This document shows, in pieces, positions 18,913 to 28,712 of a stretch of 64,000 nt of DNA (position 1 is its first letter; each line of letters opens with the position of its first letter). The stretch is from Synergistaceae bacterium (lineage in GTDB: Bacteria > Synergistota > Synergistia > Synergistales > Aminobacteriaceae). The notes under the pieces were generated by a model. That model had not been told where the DNA came from and ran no database searches. It saw only the letters and a list, made by a program, of their open reading frames with translations. The DNA lies in NCBI GenBank assembly GCA_017450125.1, contig JAFSWZ010000013.1, positions 78,282-142,281 on the forward strand, written 5' to 3'. A program made the translations under genes and the position numbers.

Positions 18913-19719
18913 ATGAACAGAGGGATATACGAAGCCGCGTCGGGAATGCTTGTTCAGGAGACGCATCTTGACGTAATCACCAACAACTTGGCCAACGTAG
19001 ACACGCCGGGCTACAAGCGGAGGATAAGCGCGACGGCGGACTTCTCTGCACTTCTTGACCGCATCGAGAAGGTCAGCGAGGACGGCGAGACGAAGATTAC
19101 CACCGTGCTGCCTGCGGATATGCCTTTCAGGGGGCGCGAGGTCATCGGCTCAGTTGCTCTTGCCGCAATCTTCTCTGAGGACGTTATGGACACGTTTCCG
19201 GGAGTGCTGAAGACCACTGAAAGCCCGCTGGATGTGGCGATAGAGGGCGAGGGGTTCTTTGCGGTAGCTGACGAGAACGACAACACGTTCTACACGCGCG
19301 AGGGGAACTTCACGCTTGACGGCACGGGAAACATCGTTACGCCGAACGGAATGATGCTTCAGGGTGAGGGCGGAGCAATAAGCATCGGCAACGCGTCGCA
19401 CGTCGAAATCAACCGCTCCGGCCAAGTCATCGCTGACGGTGAGGTCGTGGGGCGAATCGCAGTCTTCAACTTCGGGAATCCGACGTACCTTCATCACCAG
19501 TCGCGCAACCTCCTCACGCCTACGGAGCAGTCCGGCGAGGCGGAAGCTGTCGAGAATGTCCGTGTGTGGAGCGGTGCACTGGAGATGTCGAACGTTGAAG
19601 TAGTTACGGAGATGGCACGAATGATTGAGGCTCAGAGAATCTATGAGGGAGCATCGAAGGCCTTGATGACGCATGACGAAATGACGAGCCGACTGGTTAC
19701 AGCATTCAGTCGCGGATAA
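18913..19719 (+). CDS. flgF: Flagellar basal-body rod protein (FlgF/FlhO-like)
   Basis: N-terminal GMLVQETHLDVITNNLANVDTPGYKR, C-terminal LEMSNVEVVTEMARMIEAQRIYE. Confidence 0.85.
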   Translation: MNRGIYEAASGMLVQETHLDVITNNLANVDTPGYKRRISATADFSALLDRIEKVSEDGETKITTVLPADMPFRGREVIGSVALAAIFSEDVMDTFPGVLKTTESPLDVAIEGEGFFAVADENDNTFYTREGNFTLDGTGNIVTPNGMMLQGEGGAISIGNASHVEINRSGQVIADGEVVGRIAVFNFGNPTYLHHQSRNLLTPTEQSGEAEAVENVRVWSGALEMSNVEVVTEMARMIEAQRIYEGASKALMTHDEMTSRLVTAFSRG

Positions 19720-19734
19720 GGGAGGGAAACGATA

Positions 19735-20526
19735 ATGTTACGTTCATTGTGGACGAGCGCGTCAGGAATGATAGCCCAGCAGACACACTTAGACGTAGTT
19801 ACGCACAACTTGGCGAACGTCAACACGCAGGGCTACAAGAAGAGACGTGCAGACTTTGAGGACTTGATGTACCAGATTTACCGCGAGCCCGGCGCACCAA
19901 TCGAGGGCGGAAGCGTTGTGCCTACAGGAGTTCAGGTAGGACTAGGCACTAGAGTAACAGCAACACCCAGCTTCATGGTTCAGGGAAACTTCCAGATAAC
20001 GGACGGGCCGCTTGACTGGGCAATAATCGACGACAACGGCTTCTTTCAGGTGAACTTGGGCAACGGCGATATAGGTTACACGCGAGGCGGAGCATGGCAG
20101 ATTGACGATCAGGGGCAGATAGTCAACGAGGACGGGTATTTACTCGAACCCGCAATCACGATTCCTGCAAACGCGCAGGAGATTCAGTTATCGCCGACGG
20201 GAGTAGTCAGCGTACGTATCGCAGGCGAGACTGAGCTTCAGGAACTCGGACAGATAGAGCTTGCCCGCTTCATCAACCCCACAGGTCTCCGCGCGATCGG
20301 CGACAGGCTGTTTGTGCAGACGGACGCGAGCGGCGAACCCATTACGGGAGTTCCCGGAGAAGACGGAATGCCGCAAGTCAGACAGAACGTCGTAGAGATG
20401 TCGAACGTTCAGGTAGTTGAAGAGATGGTAGAAATGATAGTTGCACAGAGGGCTTACGAGGCGAACTCTAAGGGCATACAGACAGCAGATGACCTTCTCA
20501 GAATCGCTAACGGCCTGAAACGTTAA
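19735..20526 (+). CDS. flgG: Flagellar distal rod protein FlgG
   Basis: SLWTSASGMIAQQTHLDVVTHNLANVNTQGYKK ... VEMSNVQVVEEMVEMIVAQRAYEANSK. Confidence 0.9.
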   Translation: MLRSLWTSASGMIAQQTHLDVVTHNLANVNTQGYKKRRADFEDLMYQIYREPGAPIEGGSVVPTGVQVGLGTRVTATPSFMVQGNFQITDGPLDWAIIDDNGFFQVNLGNGDIGYTRGGAWQIDDQGQIVNEDGYLLEPAITIPANAQEIQLSPTGVVSVRIAGETELQELGQIELARFINPTGLRAIGDRLFVQTDASGEPITGVPGEDGMPQVRQNVVEMSNVQVVEEMVEMIVAQRAYEANSKGIQTADDLLRIANGLKR

Positions 20527-20531
20527 AGGTT

Positions 20532-21470
20532 ATGCGCAAGTTATTGCGGCAGGAGTGTCTGGCATTGATGCTCCTGCTTTGTTGTATTGCGGGTGCTGAA
20601 GCCGCGCAGACCATCAGGATAGAGATTCCTGAGGTCATTTACGCTGCCGGAGACAGTTTCACGCTCGGCCAAGTTGCACGTATAACAGGCGGACAGCTCA
20701 GGACGCGGAATATCCTCGTGAACGTTCAGGTGTTTGCGGACAGAGGCAGGCTGACGCGGAACGAGGTGCTTCGTGCGATTCAGGACAGTGATGCCAGCGA
20801 CGCAAGGATAGAACTCTACATGCCTCCATTTTCGCGCATAGAAGCTCCGGGCTACGAGGGGAATTTCACGGAGACTCCGCAGGTACGCACAGCACAGAGC
20901 CTAGCACCGCTCATCAAGTCCCTCGCGTCGTGGAACGGAGAAGTTGAGGTGAGCGCGGGTTCTCCTGTGCCTGACGGTGAGCTTGTTGACCCTGCGAGCA
21001 TCGTGCCCGGAACTCAGGCGGCAACGTTGCGCTTCAGGGACAGCACGGGATGCGTTCGGTCTCTGGGAGTTCGCTTGACGTGGACGCAGAACGTAGTCTT
21101 CGCCTCGCGGAACGTCAACAAGGGCGACCGGCTCACTGCAGGAAGCCTCATAGTGAGGCCGATGAAGATAACCCGTCCCGGACTTTACGCTTCATCTGTT
21201 GCAGAAATAGCGGGCTTCACTGCCAACAAGACCATCAAGCAGGGAGAGCCCATCCCTCTCAGCAGTGTAACGAGCTCTAACATGCTCAAGAGAGGCCGGA
21301 GGGTGAGGATAATTGCGCGTTACGGCGGAATAACTGTGTCGGCAGAAGGTATCCTGATGGAGGACGGCAGTCCGGGCGAATGGGTGAAGGTTCGCAGGGC
21401 AGACGACAAGAGGGTACAATTGCGGGCGCGCATCATCAATGAAAACACGGTAGAAGTTCAGGTCAACTAA
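20532..21470 (+). CDS. flgA: Flagellar P-ring assembly chaperone FlgA
   Basis: Signal peptide. C-terminal SAF-like domain IKQGEPIPLSSVTS..MLKRGRRVRIIARYGGITVSAEGILMEDGSPGEWVKVRR. Position between flgG and flgH. Confidence 0.75.
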   Translation: MRKLLRQECLALMLLLCCIAGAEAAQTIRIEIPEVIYAAGDSFTLGQVARITGGQLRTRNILVNVQVFADRGRLTRNEVLRAIQDSDASDARIELYMPPFSRIEAPGYEGNFTETPQVRTAQSLAPLIKSLASWNGEVEVSAGSPVPDGELVDPASIVPGTQAATLRFRDSTGCVRSLGVRLTWTQNVVFASRNVNKGDRLTAGSLIVRPMKITRPGLYASSVAEIAGFTANKTIKQGEPIPLSSVTSSNMLKRGRRVRIIARYGGITVSAEGILMEDGSPGEWVKVRRADDKRVQLRARIINENTVEVQVN

Positions 21471-21483
21471 GGAGGGAATGTAC

Positions 21484-22056
21484 ATGAAGAAGTTTTTGTG
21501 CGTACTGTTTGTGCTGGCGGTGGCAGGGAGTGCGTGCGCGGGCTCGTTGTGGAACGACGACAACAACTGGTACGCGGATGACCGTCCCCGCAGGGTCGGA
21601 GACATCGTTACCGTCCTCGTGAACGAGCAGACCGACGCTAAGGACGAGGCGACAATGGACGTGAGCAAGTCCAGCAACAACGACATCAACGGCGGCCAAG
21701 ACGGACTGGGAATCCTGAAGTTCATTCGCGGCTTAACGTTCAGCACGACAAACTCAACAGCTGGCGACGGTTCGGCGGAACGCAAGCACCACGCTACGGC
21801 AACTCTGGCGTGTCTGGTTACGGAAGTCCTGCCCAACGGAAATTTAGTGATTGAGGGCACAAGAGACATCCGCACGAGCGAGGAGATGTTACAGCTCCAG
21901 CTTGTGGGTGTGATTCGTCCTCAGGATGTTACGGCGGACAACCAGATCAACAGCAGCCTTGTCGCGAACGCCGAAATTTCCGTGAAGGGGCGCGGGATGA
22001 TCTCGCGTACCCAGAAAGTCGGAGTAATCACGCAGATTCTGCAGACGGTGTTCTAA
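21484..22056 (+). CDS. flgH: Flagellar L-ring lipoprotein FlgH
   Basis: Lipobox-like LAVAGSAC, then GDIVTVLVNEQT and NGNLVIEGTRDI. ATG at 21484 lies 7 nt after AAGGAGGG; the ORF-track ATG at 21478 is too close to the RBS. Confidence 0.88.
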   Translation: MKKFLCVLFVLAVAGSACAGSLWNDDNNWYADDRPRRVGDIVTVLVNEQTDAKDEATMDVSKSSNNDINGGQDGLGILKFIRGLTFSTTNSTAGDGSAERKHHATATLACLVTEVLPNGNLVIEGTRDIRTSEEMLQLQLVGVIRPQDVTADNQINSSLVANAEISVKGRGMISRTQKVGVITQILQTVF

Positions 22057-22057
22057 G

Positions 22058-23185
22058 ATGAAGAAAGTATTGTGTGTGATTCTGCTTGTGCTCAGCGTTC
22101 AGGCAGAGATCTTTGCGGCGGTGAACCTTCAGGACATGGACTTCACCCGCGTTAATCCTTCCGTGCGCATAAAGGACATCACCGAAGTTGAGGGGGCACG
22201 CGGAAACCAGCTCACAGGAATTGGGCTCGTTACGGGGCTCAACGGTACAGGGGACAATTCGCCGATGGCCGTACAGATGATGCGCAACATGATGCGGAGC
22301 TTCGGCGTAACTCTTGATGCACGTTCGGTGAGGACGAGGAACATTGCGGTAGTTTCGCTGACTGCTACTCTTCCTCCTTATGTCCGAGAAGGCCAGAACA
22401 TTGACGTTATAGCCAGCACGATGGGCAACGCCTCGAGCCTTCAGGGAGGAATGCTGATCCAGTCTCCGCTAAGAGCAGCTGACGGCAGAGTTTACGCGGT
22501 CGCGCAAGGGCCTGTGATTGTCGGAGGAAGTTCCGCACAGGGAGCAGGAGCTTCGCGTACGCAGAACATCCCGACAGCCGGACGTATTCCCGGCGGAGCA
22601 ATCGTCGAGCGCGAAGTCCCGACGGATTACACGATGGGCGGGCAGGTTGCGCTGCTGCTGAGAGATCCTGACTTCACGACAGCACAGAGAATCGCCGACG
22701 CAATCAATGAGGTCTATGGTGTGGTAGCTTACGCAGAAGATGCCGCGCGAGTCGCTGTGAACCTTCCCGGCCCGTACGTTCAGGCACCTGCGGCGTTCCT
22801 CGCGAACATGGGCAACCTCGAGATTGAGCCGGACACTACAGCTAAAGTTGCGGTCAACGAACGGAGCGGCACTGTGGTTCTCGGCGGAAACGTGAAAATC
22901 TCGTCGGTCGGAGTTGCGCACGGGAACTTGACGGTTACCGTCGGGGACACCGCAACTGTTGTTCAGCCCGAGAGCATGAGCGGAGGAGTTACGGCCATCA
23001 CGAACAGGACGGACATTACTGCGGACGAAGAAGGAGGAAGCCTCATTGCGATGCCTTCGACGACGACGGTGAGAGACTTGGTGCGTGTGCTGAACTCTGT
23101 AGGGGCACGGCCGAGAGATATCATCGAGATTCTGCAGGCGATAAGCAGGGCTGGTGCGCTTCACGGCGAACTTGTTACGATGTGA
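22058..23185 (+). CDS. flgI: Flagellar P-ring protein FlgI
   Basis: RIKDITEVEGARGNQLTGIGLVTGLNGTGD, SLQGGMLIQSPLRAADGRVYAVAQGPV, LNSVGARPRDIIEILQAISRAGALHGELV. Confidence 0.93.
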   Translation: MKKVLCVILLVLSVQAEIFAAVNLQDMDFTRVNPSVRIKDITEVEGARGNQLTGIGLVTGLNGTGDNSPMAVQMMRNMMRSFGVTLDARSVRTRNIAVVSLTATLPPYVREGQNIDVIASTMGNASSLQGGMLIQSPLRAADGRVYAVAQGPVIVGGSSAQGAGASRTQNIPTAGRIPGGAIVEREVPTDYTMGGQVALLLRDPDFTTAQRIADAINEVYGVVAYAEDAARVAVNLPGPYVQAPAAFLANMGNLEIEPDTTAKVAVNERSGTVVLGGNVKISSVGVAHGNLTVTVGDTATVVQPESMSGGVTAITNRTDITADEEGGSLIAMPSTTTVRDLVRVLNSVGARPRDIIEILQAISRAGALHGELVTM

Positions 23186-23194
23186 GGAAGGTTT

Positions 23195-24313
23195 ATGCGC
23201 GTTCTGTTCATCAACGTACAGTGCGGGATAGGAAGTCATGGCAAGATAGCGGCGGCTCAGGCTGAAGAGTTCGAGCGTCAGGGGCACGAAGTGAAGATAG
23301 CTTACGGCAGAGACCCGGACATTCCCGAGAAATTCAGGAAGTACGCTGTGAGAATCGGCTCAGCTGTTGATGTCTACTTTCACGCACTCATGACACGCCT
23401 CACCGACAGAAACGGGTTCTTCTCGCGCGGTGCAACAAAACGCTTTCTGTCTTGGGCTGAAGAATATAGTCCTGACCTGCTGTGGCTGCACAACATTCAC
23501 GGCTACTACATCAATATGGAGATGCTGTTCACGTGGATAAAGTCCCGGCCTGGAATGAAGGTGCTCTGGACTCTTCATGACTGCTGGGCGTTCACCGGGC
23601 ACTGCGCATACTTCACGTTTGCTGGCTGTGAGAAGTGGAGGGCGCACTGCGAACACTGCCCGCAGAAAAGTGCATACCCTGCAAGTTTTGTGGACTGCAG
23701 TTACAGGAATTACGAGGACAAACGCAGGCTCTTCACCGGCGTAAAAGATATGACCCTGATAACTCCGTCGCAATGGCTTGCTGACCTTGCGGCACAGAGT
23801 TTTCTGGGCGAATATCCCTGTGAGGTCAGGCACAACGAAATAGACAGAAACATTTTCCGTCCTGTGCAGGGAGATTTCCGCGAGAGGTACGGACTTGCAG
23901 GCAAACATATAGTGCTCGGAGTTGCCAACAGATGGGAACCCAGAAAGGGGATAAAGGATTTCGTGAGGCTTTCGGGGCTTCTGGATTCTGAAAGGTTCAA
24001 GGTGGTGCTTGTTGGCCGCAAGCATGACGCACTGCCGGACAGCATCATTCACATAGAGCGCACCCGCAATCAGCAGGAACTTGCGGAGATATACACTGCC
24101 GCTGATGTGCTGTTCAATCCGACGTATGAGGACAATTACCCGACAGTGAACCTCGAAGCGGAAGCCTGCGGTACGCCGGTGGTAACATATGACGCAGGAG
24201 GAGCACCAGAAACAATACATCGTGAGGATTCGCGGGTGATAAAGTGCGGTGATGTATATGCGGCCAAGTCCGCGATAGAGAAACTTTGCGAAGGAGCAGC
24301 AGACAATGATTAA
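23195..24313 (+). CDS. Glycosyltransferase (GT-B, GT4-like) embedded in the flagellar operon
   Basis: LWLHNIHGYY, Cys-rich HDCWAFTGHCAYFTFAGCEKWRAHCEHCPQ, C-terminal NPTYEDNYPTVNLEAEACGTPVV (E-x7-E type). Confidence 0.7.
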   Translation: MRVLFINVQCGIGSHGKIAAAQAEEFERQGHEVKIAYGRDPDIPEKFRKYAVRIGSAVDVYFHALMTRLTDRNGFFSRGATKRFLSWAEEYSPDLLWLHNIHGYYINMEMLFTWIKSRPGMKVLWTLHDCWAFTGHCAYFTFAGCEKWRAHCEHCPQKSAYPASFVDCSYRNYEDKRRLFTGVKDMTLITPSQWLADLAAQSFLGEYPCEVRHNEIDRNIFRPVQGDFRERYGLAGKHIVLGVANRWEPRKGIKDFVRLSGLLDSERFKVVLVGRKHDALPDSIIHIERTRNQQELAEIYTAADVLFNPTYEDNYPTVNLEAEACGTPVVTYDAGGAPETIHREDSRVIKCGDVYAAKSAIEKLCEGAADND

Positions 24314-24671
24314 CGGTATAAGCAGTACAAGGATAGTGCGTGAAGTTCCGCCGGAGATTCACCAGACGGAAGACGCACAGAAGCTCAAGGAGTCGTGCCA
24401 GCAGTTCGAGTCTATTCTGTGGGCGAAGCTCTGGAAGGACATGCGGGACTCTGCACAGGCAATAAGCGGGAACGACAAAGGCCACACGTTCCAGAAGATG
24501 GAGGACTTGTCGCTTGAGATGGCAAGTGATGACCTCGTCGAAGGCTCAGGAGGCGCGGGGCTGTGGAAGATGCTCTATGACAGCATGATCGGCAAGCTCG
24601 CGGCAGACCAGGAAGCCGAAGCCAGACGCGCGGCAGACGAAGAAGCCTCAAGGCTGGACGTTCAGGCATAA
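24306..24671 (+). CDS. Rod-binding protein (FlgJ N-terminal-domain-only)
   Basis: 121 aa. KLKESCQQFESILWAKLWKDMRDS matches the FlgJ rod-binding domain pattern. No muramidase domain. 8-nt overlap with the glycosyltransferase gene. Confidence 0.65.
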   Translation: MINGISSTRIVREVPPEIHQTEDAQKLKESCQQFESILWAKLWKDMRDSAQAISGNDKGHTFQKMEDLSLEMASDDLVEGSGGAGLWKMLYDSMIGKLAADQEAEARRAADEEASRLDVQA

Positions 24672-24692
24672 GAGAAAGGATTTGTTATCACA

Positions 24693-26123
24693 ATGAGTAT
24701 TGTATTGTTCAACGACTTGACACGCAGAAAGGAGACGTTCAACCCGATTAAGCCCGGGCACGTAAGCTTCTATTCCTGCGGGCCGACGGTCTATGACTAT
24801 TTCCACATCGGCAACGCAAGGCCGTTCATCGTGTTCGATGTCCTCAGAAGGTGGCTCGAACATGAAGGCTATAAGGTTACGTTTGTGCAGAACTTCACGG
24901 ACATTGACGACAAGATGATACACCGTGCCCGACACGACGGAATTACGGTGAAGGAGCTCGCCGACAGGTTCATAGCGGAGTACAACAAGGATGCGGACGC
25001 GCTCGGAATACGCAGGCCTGACGTTTCGCCCCGTGCAACGGAACACATTCCCGAGATAATCAGCACCATCGAACGCATAATCGCCAACGGACACGCATAC
25101 GTTGCGGACGGAGATGTGTACTTCGACATCCAGAGCTGGCCGCAGTACGGTTCGCTGTGCAAGCAGAACCTCGAAGACCTCGAAGCAGGCGCGCGCGTCG
25201 AACCCGGCGAAAAGAAGCGTGATCCTCTGGACTTTGCGCTGTGGAAAGCAGAGAAGCCCGGCGAACCTTCGTGGGATTCCCCGTGGGGAAAGGGACGGCC
25301 CGGCTGGCACATAGAGTGCTCCGCAATGTCGAGCAAGTATCTGGGCGACAACATAGACATACATTCCGGCGGAGTTGACCTGATGTTCCCGCACCACGAA
25401 AACGAAGCCGCACAGAGCGAAGCTGCCTCGGGCTCGGGAAAACCTTTCGTGAACTACTGGCTTCACAATGGCTTCCTTCTCATCGACAGCGAAAAGATGT
25501 CCAAGTCTCTCGGCAATTTCCTCACAGCACGGGCAGCCCTCAAGGAGTACCCTCCGTTAGCGTTGAGGTTCTTCATGCTGAGCGCGCACTACAGAAGCCC
25601 CATCAACTTCACGCCCGAATCTCTCGAACAGGCCTCAGCAGGAGTAGCACGCCTCAGGAACTGCCGGAGCGACCTCGACTTTGCGGCCAGGACACGTGCA
25701 GATGAAGCCTCAGCGTTCGACGTTCAGGCGTTCAAGGCACAGCTCGCGGAGCTTCACGGAAAATTCGCCGACGCAATGAACGACGACTTCAACACCGCCG
25801 CCGCAATCGGAATCCTCTTCGATGTGGTCTACCTCATCAACACCAGCCTTAAGGAGAACGGGAAACTTCCTGCAGAGTTCTTCACGCTCTCGAAGGACGC
25901 GCTGTCTGAGTACGACGAAATTCTCGGGGTAATCGGTTCTGATGACGCAGAGACAGAGCACGACGACGAATCCGCAGAGATCGAGCGTCTGATTCAGGAA
26001 CGTGCGGACGCAAGGAAGGCAAAAGACTTCAAGCGTTCCGACGAGATAAGAGACTCCCTCAAGGCGCGGGGAATCGTCCTCGAAGACACTCCGCAGGGCA
26101 CGAAATGGAAGCGTGAACTGTAG
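24693..26123 (+). CDS. cysS: Cysteine--tRNA ligase
   Basis: [17 protein letters not shown] (HIGH), [17 protein letters not shown] (KMSKS). Confidence 0.95.
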   Translation: MSIVLFNDLTRRKETFNPIKPGHVSFYSCGPTVYDYFHIGNARPFIVFDVLRRWLEHEGYKVTFVQNFTDIDDKMIHRARHDGITVKELADRFIAEYNKDADALGIRRPDVSPRATEHIPEIISTIERIIANGHAYVADGDVYFDIQSWPQYGSLCKQNLEDLEAGARVEPGEKKRDPLDFALWKAEKPGEPSWDSPWGKGRPGWHIECSAMSSKYLGDNIDIHSGGVDLMFPHHENEAAQSEAASGSGKPFVNYWLHNGFLLIDSEKMSKSLGNFLTARAALKEYPPLALRFFMLSAHYRSPINFTPESLEQASAGVARLRNCRSDLDFAARTRADEASAFDVQAFKAQLAELHGKFADAMNDDFNTAAAIGILFDVVYLINTSLKENGKLPAEFFTLSKDALSEYDEILGVIGSDDAETEHDDESAEIERLIQERADARKAKDFKRSDEIRDSLKARGIVLEDTPQGTKWKREL

Positions 26124-27383
26124 ATGATAAAGCTGTTATTTGTCAGGAGATTCATGCCCCTCTTCTTGACGCAGTTTCTCGGGGCATTCAACGATAACTT
26201 CTTCAAGAGTGCGCTGATGATGCTCATAACGTACCGGCTCGGTGATGCCGCAGGTGTGGACTCGCGAATCCTCGTGAACGCCGCCGCCGGTGTGTTCATT
26301 CTGCCGTTCTTCGTGTTTGCGCCGACAGCAAGCGACCTGGCCGACAAGTACGACCGTTCAGACCTCATGCGCTGGGTGAAGTTCGCGGAAATCGTTGTGA
26401 TGTCCGGGGCGGCACTGGGCTTCTGGCTCGGAAATGTCTGGCTCTTGATGGCTGTGCTGTTCCTTATGGGCGCGCAGTCTGCCTTCTTCTCGCCCGCAAA
26501 GTACAGCATACTTCCCCAGCACTTGCGCGAAGATGAATTAATCGCGGGGAACGGCCTTATTCAGATGGGAACGTACTTAGCGATTCTCACGGGCACAATC
26601 TCGGGCGGGCTTATGATTCTCAGGGAGAACGGCATCTACTGGGTCGGAGGGCTCGCGGTAACAATTGCCGCCGCAGGATGGTTAAGCAGTATGTTCATTC
26701 CTCCGACAACACCGATTGACCCGAGCCGTGAAGTGTCGTTCCGAATCGTAAAGAGGACTCGTGAGATGTTCGCGGACATTGTGCCGATGCGAAAAGTCTT
26801 CGGGGCAATGCTCGCTATATCGTGGTTCTGGCTTGTGGGTTCGGTGTTCCTCGCGCAGTTCCCGACGTATTCGCGGCTCGTTCTCGGAACGGATGAGAGC
26901 GTAGCTACTGCGTTCCTCGCAATATTCTCGTGCGGTATCGGCATCGGCTCTATGGTCTGCGACTCGCTCCTGAAGGGTAAGGTTACGACGCGCTTCGTGC
27001 CTTCCGCCGCGTACGGGATTGCGGTTGCGAGCGTTCTGCTCTGGTGGGTGAGCGACAGGCCGCCGGTAGAGGCAGGAACACCGATAATCGGAGCTTGGGA
27101 GTTCTTTGCGCGGCCGGAGAACTGGACGATTACGGCGTGTTTGTTCGTGATTGCATTCTGCGGAGGGCTGTACATCGTGCCTCTCTATGCAGTGATGCAG
27201 ACAGGTGCTGGCGACAAAGTCTCTGGAGCTATCGCGTGCTCGAACATCACCGACTCCATCTTCATGGCGGTTGCCGCGCTCGGTGCGGGGGTGTTGATCT
27301 CGTGGGGAGTAAGTATCCCGCAGTTGTTCTTAACGATGGGGCCGACTACGTTTATCGTCGGGCTTCTGGTTGGAATGCTGTAG
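26124..27383 (+). CDS. MFS transporter, lysophospholipid transporter (LplT)-like
   Basis: FVRRFMPLFLTQFLGAFNDNFFKSAL N-terminus typical of LplT-type MFS. About 12 hydrophobic segments. Confidence 0.65.
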   Translation: MIKLLFVRRFMPLFLTQFLGAFNDNFFKSALMMLITYRLGDAAGVDSRILVNAAAGVFILPFFVFAPTASDLADKYDRSDLMRWVKFAEIVVMSGAALGFWLGNVWLLMAVLFLMGAQSAFFSPAKYSILPQHLREDELIAGNGLIQMGTYLAILTGTISGGLMILRENGIYWVGGLAVTIAAAGWLSSMFIPPTTPIDPSREVSFRIVKRTREMFADIVPMRKVFGAMLAISWFWLVGSVFLAQFPTYSRLVLGTDESVATAFLAIFSCGIGIGSMVCDSLLKGKVTTRFVPSAAYGIAVASVLLWWVSDRPPVEAGTPIIGAWEFFARPENWTITACLFVIAFCGGLYIVPLYAVMQTGAGDKVSGAIACSNITDSIFMAVAALGAGVLISWGVSIPQLFLTMGPTTFIVGLLVGML

Positions 27384-27385
27384 CA

Positions 27386-27426
27386 CAAAAAAAACCGTCC
27401 GGCTCTTCACCGGGCGGCTTCTTTAT
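27386..27426. terminator. Bidirectional rho-independent terminator
   Basis: AAAAAAAACCGTCCGG-CTCTTCA-CCGGGCGGCTTCTTT between convergent stops at 27383 (+) and 27436 (-). Confidence 0.7.
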
Positions 27427-27435
27427 CCTTTTCCC

Positions 27436-28707
27436 TTACTTCCTCAGTCTGCGGTTAATCTCCTCGAACTCTAGGCGCATCGCCCCGCTCTCAAACACTT
27501 TCAGCTCCGGCATCTTCAGCGCACCGACAGCGTCAAACAGCTTCAGCCCCGTGTGTATTAACCCTCTGAGTTCACCCGAGCTCCGAACAGTCTTGTACGT
27601 GTTCTCGGCCAAGTCCCTGTTCAGGCGCAAACTCTTGAGGCTCTCCATCGTTCCGGCTCTCTGGCTGTCAAGAAGTTCCGTGTAGAGGTTCGCAACCTGA
27701 ATCGTCAGTGCGTTCGACTGTGCGTTTGCCGCAAAACCCTTGCGCTGTTCAACACTGTAGATGTTCTGGTTGCTCCGCGCTAATGCTTCCTTCCTCAGTG
27801 CCTCAGCCTCAGCTATTATTGCCTTGAGGCGTGCTTTGTACTCTTCGTCAATCTTCCTCACCAGCTCTTCCTGCGTGTGTATGAGCAGGTCATTCAGCAC
27901 GAGGTACATTCCCGTGTAACGCCGCGTAATCTCGAGCGTGTTCGTGTCGTTCTGGGCAAGTTCCTCGAGCTTCGCCACAACTGCCTTCACGTTGCTGAAA
28001 ACTATCGTGTTCTGCATGAGGTCATCTCCTGTTACGGAGTTGAGCAGTATATCTGTCTGTGCCTCGTCAAGCTCAAGCCCGACAGCCTTAAGAGCGTCAG
28101 TGAGTCGTGAGGTTATTGCTCCGAGCCTCTCTTCTTCGTCCGCTATCTCCTCCTGAAGGCGGGCTATCCTCTCGTCAGCTTTGGACTTCGTGAGCTTCCA
28201 GGGAAGAGATGACTTCTCGGGTGCACTTATGCGCTTGTTCCTGAGGCCGTCAAGCTCGGTCTTCTGCTTCGTGATTGTGTCGCGGAGCTGTGATGCCTCT
28301 TTGCGGATGTCTCCTGCTTCGCCGTTCACCAGAATGTTTACCGCCCTATCAAGCAGTGCGTTAATCTTCCTGCCGTTGCTCTGCTGGTCTTCGCGGAACG
28401 GTATCCACGTACTGCGCGGCAGTGTCTCCTGCTTGTCCCGCAAGGTCAGAGTGTCGCCGAGTGTTCCTGTAAGCCTGTCCCAGCCCTCTGCTACAGCGGG
28501 AGGAAGGTTGTCGTCCGATGCCTTCACTTCTACGTCCTCACTCTTTCCGCTGAACCATCCCGACACGTAGTCTGACGCGTCATTCCACTTCTCGGAGGTG
28601 TAATCCTTCACGGCATCCCAGTCAAACTTGAAGTAGCTTGACCAGTCGCTTGCCTCCGCACTCACACACAACGACAGCACCATAACCATAACCAACAATT
28701 TACGCAT
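27436..28707 (-). CDS. Secreted alpha-helical/coiled-coil protein of unknown function
   Basis: ATG at 28707 (MRKLLVMVMVLSLCVSAEA signal peptide) preceded by AGGAGG. Long heptad-like charged helices. No family recognised. 5 nt downstream of the ABC exporter gene. Confidence 0.55.
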   Translation of the reverse strand: MRKLLVMVMVLSLCVSAEASDWSSYFKFDWDAVKDYTSEKWNDASDYVSGWFSGKSEDVEVKASDDNLPPAVAEGWDRLTGTLGDTLTLRDKQETLPRSTWIPFREDQQSNGRKINALLDRAVNILVNGEAGDIRKEASQLRDTITKQKTELDGLRNKRISAPEKSSLPWKLTKSKADERIARLQEEIADEEERLGAITSRLTDALKAVGLELDEAQTDILLNSVTGDDLMQNTIVFSNVKAVVAKLEELAQNDTNTLEITRRYTGMYLVLNDLLIHTQEELVRKIDEEYKARLKAIIAEAEALRKEALARSNQNIYSVEQRKGFAANAQSNALTIQVANLYTELLDSQRAGTMESLKSLRLNRDLAENTYKTVRSSGELRGLIHTGLKLFDAVGALKMPELKVFESGAMRLEFEEINRRLRK

Positions 28708-28712
28708 AATAA

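Noticed and set aside
22469-25466. Long minus-strand ORFs (22469-23287, 23360-24220, 24648-25466)
   Set aside because: They are antisense to flgI, the glycosyltransferase and cysS, all of which have strong family motifs. Their compositions are typical of shadow frames.
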